From NCBI RefSeq assembly GCF_006345805.1, contig NC_043003.1, forward strand, positions 74,958,001 to 75,022,000: a DNA stretch of 64,000 nt. Direction: 5' to 3'. Within the stretch, counting starts at the first letter, position 1. Each line of letters begins with the position of its first letter. The stretch is from Octopus sinensis (lineage: Eukaryota). The notes beneath the pieces are model-generated. The model was not told the DNA's origin, ran no database searches, and saw only the letters and a program-made list of their open reading frames with translations. A program made the translations under genes and the position numbers. This document shows positions 58,244-64,000 of the stretch, piece after piece.

Positions 58244-58345
58244 TGAATCCTCGGCATCATGTTTTTATTTTGATCAATTTACTCCACCACCTACACCACC
58301 AAACGGTATACACAGGTGCTTATAATTATCAAGCACTCACCCTGA

Positions 58346-58403
<58 letters not shown>

Positions 58404-58417
58404 ATGCATGTATATAC

Positions 58418-58562
58418 AATCTCCTTTCAGTTTCCGTCAACCAAATCCACTCATTAAGGCTTTAGTCGGCCCGAGGCTATTGCAGGAGACACTTGAGCAC
58501 GGATCGAGCAGTGGGACTGAAATCGAAACCATGTGGTTGAGAAGCAGCCTCACAGCCATGCA
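58418..58562 (-). mobile_element. SINE family B, 5' half
   Basis: Reverse complement matches the head and body of 12377 and 28513. Confidence 0.75.
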
Positions 58563-59233
58563 TAGACCACCCATTGTATATACTCAGTTTTAATGTTGCT
58601 CTTTTCATCGGCTAGTTGTATTGAATCAAACGCATGCAGATTAGTGTTTTAACTTGAACATATCTAATATCTTTTTAATTGTCACAATCCGGGGATTACA
58701 TGACTAATTGTGTCAATTCTTCTCATCACATACTACTTACGTATAAAGCAAAGTGTAAAAACTATTGTGTTTTCCGTCTTGCACCCACACATAATAAACA
58801 CTAATCTAACGTCTTAACATACATTGGATAGATCAGAATTGAGATTGTTGAACACGTACATAGTTTTTGGGAATATATTATAATGATGTTACACCAGATT
58901 ACCCTGGTTTTTCCTTCATTATGAGACTTTGCATACTATATTCTTCATACATGCCATAAGTGTCCCTATATTTGTGTGCGTCTTATGTGTTTCTCTCTCT
59001 CTCTCTCTCTCCCACTCCTATGATTGCATGATCATTGAAATATATTACTGCCCATAGAATTTGCGAGATTATGTGTTGTTGAGAAATGCTTTTGAATATT
59101 TATATTTGAAAATCCATGAATAACCTACAGTGAACTTATTGAAGGCTTTACAAAACGTAACGTTGCTGGACTGGCGAATGCAAATGGATATGGTAAAGCA
59201 CGTTCGCTTGGTTTGTTGGAAACCTGCATATTA

Positions 59234-59417
59234 CAGTTCTATATTTAAGAGATGAGGAATTATGTACATTATTTACATTATATATATTTGACGGATATTT
59301 GTCCTCATCTTGTTTGCTGTTAACACAACGTTTCAGCTGATATACCCTCCAGCCTTAATCAGGTGCGTTGGAGAAATTTCGAATCTTGGTTCTCAATCCT
59401 ACGGTATTTTTCGATGT

Positions 59418-59467
<50 letters not shown>

Positions 59468-59468
59468 G

Positions 59469-59529
<61 letters not shown>

Positions 59530-59637
59530 TTATTATAATTAGTATTATTATTATTATTATTATTATTCAGGTCACTGCCTGGAATCGAACTCGGAATCTT
59601 GGGGTTAGTAGCCCGCACTCCTAACCACTATGCCATC
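59234..59637 (-). mobile_element. tRNA-headed SINE with internal (AAT)n and hammerhead motif
   Basis: Reverse complement: A-box TGGCATAGTGG, B-box GAGTTCGATTCC, (AAT)n 59421-59567, HHR, 3' end ATATAGAACTG shared with 7504. Confidence 0.85.
59323..59366 (-). ncRNA. HHR motif within the SINE
   Basis: Reverse complement: GCAC-CTGATTA-A-GGCTG[gagggtatat]CAGCT-GAAAC-GTT-GTGT; G8>U in this copy. Confidence 0.7.
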
Positions 59638-60485
59638 TTGATTACAGGGGTAAAGACGAGTGCATATGGCACGCGATTCACCGACTCGAAAGATTAGATG
59701 TACTTACAGTACGGTTATAGAATGTTCAAGAGTGGAAGACGTGCCTCCGTAAACTGGTGTTTAATGTACGCTTGCATTTCCGGTAAGTTATTTTTCTGGA
59801 AACGGTTAAAAATATCTTTGTTTAGCAGGAAGACTGCCGTATATGTTAGAATTTTACGCATTTGGGGGCATGCTATGAGTAGTCGGTAGGAACCTAAATA
59901 CTATTTGGCTATAAAAGACGGCTCGGTAGTTGCTATGTTGTCCTTGCTTCCTTAATGATCTGCTTTCACTTGATACTGAATTCCAATGATATCGCATTCT
60001 AATTGGTCGTGCGATATTGAGTGTTGATTATAATTAACTGCTATGTAGAATGATGATCGTTCCTTGAATGAAACAAGAATAAAATACTGTAATAAGTGAA
60101 TGTTTTCGAGCTCTATGTTGTCATTAAATTCGCAATTGATGTATAAAAGCATGCCACTGTGTGACAAAGTAGGAGGCACCAGTATGCACAGTCGATAGAA
60201 TGAGCGAATGCACTCCGTCATTACAAGAATAACTCTGTCATAACTCTGTAATATTGCTATCTAATAGGAAGCCACAAGCTGAACGATTAGATTACAGATT
60301 CGCATTCCAAACATAGTTAAGAAGAATCTTGAGTTTCAGGACGAAAGCACGCACCTATGACATTTCCTGAACATGGGTGCATCCCTTTTGTTAACGGAGT
60401 GAGTTGACATCCGTGGATTTGGTTTTACTCGAAGCCACAAAGGCATTTTATTCAAATGAGAGGGAGATCCAATGCGTTCATGATA

Positions 60486-61744
60486 TTAGGTTGTTCCGAA
60501 AATAATGGCCGGTTTCAGAAGTATAATTTTAATCTAGAAAATTTAACAATAGAAATGTTTTGATTAGTCAAAGTATGAGCCTGAACATCTATGCATCTTT
60601 GCCATCGATCAACGAGATTATGTAAGCCTCGTTGATAAAAAACATATTGGCCTTCCTGTGAACAAATGTTTGAAAGCCGATTTCACTTCTGGGTTGGACC
60701 TAAAAATCTTATCACTTAAAAAGGTGTTTAAATGCTTTAAAAAATGGTAGTCAGTGGGTGACAGATCAGGAGAATAGGGAGGGTGAGGTAAAGTCTCGTA
60801 CCCAAGTCTGTGAGTTTTTGCAGCGTCATTATTGCAACATGTGGTTTGCATTATTGTGGAGCATATTTGGGCCACGCTGATGCACCAATGCAGGTCCCAT
60901 TTTTTGCAAGTGAACATGTATTTCAGCGAGTTCATTGTACTAAACCTCTGCTGTAATACTCTGATTGGTTTCCTGAAAGCCGTAATGGACAACAACAATT
61001 GCACACCACCAGACAGTCCCCATAATCTTTTGCAGACGTAACTTTGGCTTTGGAAGACGTTTGGGGTTTCCTCACTATTAAGATATTCACCTGATCGTTT
61101 ACGACCACCATAAAGTATCCACTTTTCATCACAAATGACCGTTTGATCAGGAAAAAGATCATTGGCTTTTCACAGAAAGCGCAATCAACACACTTCAAAA
61201 TCCGAACTTTTTGACTTTCATTGAGCTCATGCGGTACATATTTGTCGAGGTTTTTCACTTGAACCATTCTTCTGCAGATTGCGTGAGATCTTTGCAATAC
61301 CGACACCAAATGCCTGAGACATTTTGACGTGGGTTTTATTCAACAATTGCTTTCAATTGTTCATTTTCAAGACCGCATGGCCGTCCTCTACCTTCTTCAA
61401 CTTCAAAGCTTCCGTCACCACTACGGACATTTCTGAAACCACCGTCGTACTGTGTGATCACTTGTGGACCCCTCTCCCCATGCTCTGTTGATATTGGCAG
61501 CATTTTGGGAGTCACCGTACCCCAGGCCGAACCCCTGCTAGAAAAGTAAGCTAAGGTCCTATTTTGTCATGTTCATAATTAAGGGTGCTTCAAGCATGTT
61601 TTGTGTCTGAAATGATTAGAAAATTATTAAGCATCAACTATTAAGTAGGTCGAAACTCCCCTGAAATATAATTAAAAATACTATGATAAAATTGCGGTTC
61701 AAAAGACAACACTTAGGGCGGCCATTATTTTCGGAAGAACCTAA
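60486..61744 (-). mobile_element. Full-length decayed mariner (Hsmar1/cecropia-like ends)
   Basis: 26-bp TIRs TTAGGTTGTTCCGAAAATAATGGCCG with 1 mismatch; TA on both sides; remnants LDKYVPHEL and GYETLPHPPYSPDLSPTDYHFLKHL. Confidence 0.92.
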
Positions 61745-62869
61745 TACCTGAGCGTATATAATAAATCGGTAGTAGGCTTTGTCAAAGAGAATCTTCCTAT
61801 AAAATTGGGCATAGTGGAGCATGCTTTCAAAAGTAAGCTTAGATTACGATGGAGAGCAAGAAGTTACACTTTTTCGTGAAAACAGGTGTGTATGAGGTTA
61901 TTTCAATAATTAAAAAGTAAAAGGCTTGCTTTCGATGCAGAATGTACATCCGAACTTTACCAGTGTTTGAAAATGATGCACTTGAAGGGATGGAAATCGA
62001 TAAAATTTGTGATTTGTGAAGTCTTTACAATGGGTGGTTACGGGCAAAGCAAACTAAGAAGATGGAGGTTTTGTTTTTTGTGGTGGGCTTCTTCTGAGAA
62101 AACTGGTTTATTGTGAAAAGTAACGGATTTTGCAAGGTTTCTGGAGATGCACTGCAACATTAGTAGAAAAACTGGCTGAAAACTAGAAAGTAAGACAGCA
62201 AGAGGTTTCTATATTGCACGAATTGATATTTCATAGTTGAATAATTGCATCGCGGATGTTTAATTGTAGTGCAACCCACGTTTGAGTGACCAAGTGTTAC
62301 CAAACATTGAAAGCAGTTTGGGGCAGTCTCATGACATATGTGTGAAACACATAGTCGGAAATGAGGTATTGATTTATTTGAAACAAAAAAATGGTGGAAC
62401 GCACAAAAATTGCTTGCTTCATTTATCTCTCTAGCTATTTCTGGTAGGTCAGTATTGAAGGACATGTAGGGCAAGGTTTATTTGGTAAAACTTTCGCATA
62501 TCTGTGAACAATGGATTGATCGCATGCGAGGCATATATGGTGGAGTAGTACATGTTGGTGTGTCTTTTATAGGAGACCTGAAAAAAGTCGATAGTTTCGG
62601 TGACACTTATATTGTGTTAGCAAGTAAACATGTATTCATTAATGTTATATGTATGGAATATGATGCAGCTGAAAATTTAAAAATTCTTCAATGAACATCA
62701 CATCAATTTAAAGATGGAAATTTCCTGCATGCTAAAAATTTTCGAGGCGGTACAATCATTTGAAACAATTCAATACTTCATGGGGATTTGAACATTCACC
62801 TTTGATGAACGTAAAACCACACAACTTATATAATATTCTCGATTTAAGGATTCCCTCATCCATTGCTTT

Positions 62870-63240
62870 ATTAGCGTTGCAAAAAGAGAAAAGTTATCAC
62901 CTATTCATTAGACTAATTACTACAGCAAATATTATGATATTATTACACCGTCAGGTTACGATAGGTTCAAATAATTATCTAGCGGAGATAAATGGAAATT
63001 TCAAAGCTATTTCTATTGCTAATTTGTAATTATATTTTCAAAAAAAATATCTTCAGAACTAACTGGGTAGTAATAAATTTACATTAATTAATTGCAGTAA
63101 TCTTTGAATTCATTTAACGATTAAGTTATCAATCTGAACAGGTCTAATTAATTAGAAACAACTTTTATTGGATAAATCTACACAATTAAGAGTAACTCTC
63201 TATTTCTTACTTGCAGATTCATTTACAATTTGTAAAGCAT
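62870..63240 (-). repeat. AT-rich dispersed repeat, inverted partner of 53090-53470
   Basis: See the 53090 entry. Confidence 0.75.
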
Positions 63241-64000
63241 AAAACCTTGTTGTTATTGTAGTTGTTGATTTATTTTAATGTCGATGTTTAACTCCGAAGA
63301 AATAGATATGTAAATTTGTTTAGAGGCATTACGATAGTGACACTTCATTTATGCATCACTCTAAGACTACATCATACTACAATACCTTTAAAATGATATT
63401 TAAAGTTATAAACATATTGGCAGCTATTTGTAGTCTATACATATACTACATACAAACAACTTAAGAAGTTTCATTTATATTAGATTAGCAGATTAGATAC
63501 TGGGCTGCGGCGTGGGCAATCATAACGTATTTATTCGATATGGTATGTTTAATTCATCAATATCACAATTTAGTGACAAGTCTGACATCACTAGAGGATA
63601 TAATGCCCTGTCCTATGTGGAGGGCATATTGTGCTGAAAGGCACACCGATTACTGAAGCAAACCAAAGGAAAATGTAAAGTGGCCAGAACACACGATCTA
63701 ACATTGCTGTGTGGAGTCTGCGGTATTGATAAAATACTTATTGCCACAATAACTTCATCCCGAATATCTGTATTACTACATGTCTATAGCATGTAAATTA
63801 TGATGAATGGGATTCGTTCAGTTGCATTTTGCATGTGATAAAGGGATATTTGGAATGATATTCTGTATGCCATTCATTGAATAGCAGTCTTCACTGAATA
63901 CTCTGTAACTGGTGCCAGCATATGAAGTGATCTGTCAAAATCAATGTGAACTATGGCATCTAGGCATTTAAGTTCATACCGCCTGTCCTGGTACACTGAA

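Larger units (their letters stand above)
57776..58281. repeat. 506-bp near-perfect palindrome (252-bp arms, 2-nt spacer, 1 mismatch)
   Basis: Symmetric about 58028/58029; the only mismatch found is T57957 vs G58100. Confidence 0.97.

Noticed and set aside
57797-58260. Two near-identical 80-aa ORFs on opposite strands
   Set aside because: A by-product of the palindrome; no recognisable domain.
62000-62700. Higher-complexity stretch resembling a decayed transposase
   Set aside because: Could not anchor any DDE motif or TIR.

Overview
AT-rich, microsatellite-saturated eukaryotic DNA. The SINE families and repeat landscape suggest an octopod (Octopus-like) genome; this is an inference. I found no confidently identifiable host protein-coding gene, rRNA or CRISPR array, and most ORFs in the track are translated microsatellites. 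The window is a graveyard of nested mobile elements: a complete Chapaev3-type DNA transposon (TIRs, TTA TSD), several mariner/Tc1 relics, a Helitron, R4/Dong, RTE and CR1-group LINE ends, four GIY-YIG Penelope-like element (PLE) fragments, and many tRNA-derived SINEs. The main unannotated signal is RNA structure: about 14 minimal type-I hammerhead ribozyme (HHR) motifs, ranging from intact to decayed, in several unrelated sequence contexts. These include (i) a 506-bp near-perfect palindrome with one HHR per arm, (ii) a tRNA-headed SINE with an internal HHR, (iii) an intact HHR inside a Helitron, and (iv) an HHR-like motif downstream of each GIY-YIG fragment. One PLE terminal repeat also carries a fixed-spacing 5x CCAAT-N12-CRE array upstream of a TATA box. 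All structures were paired by eye; no activity is shown.
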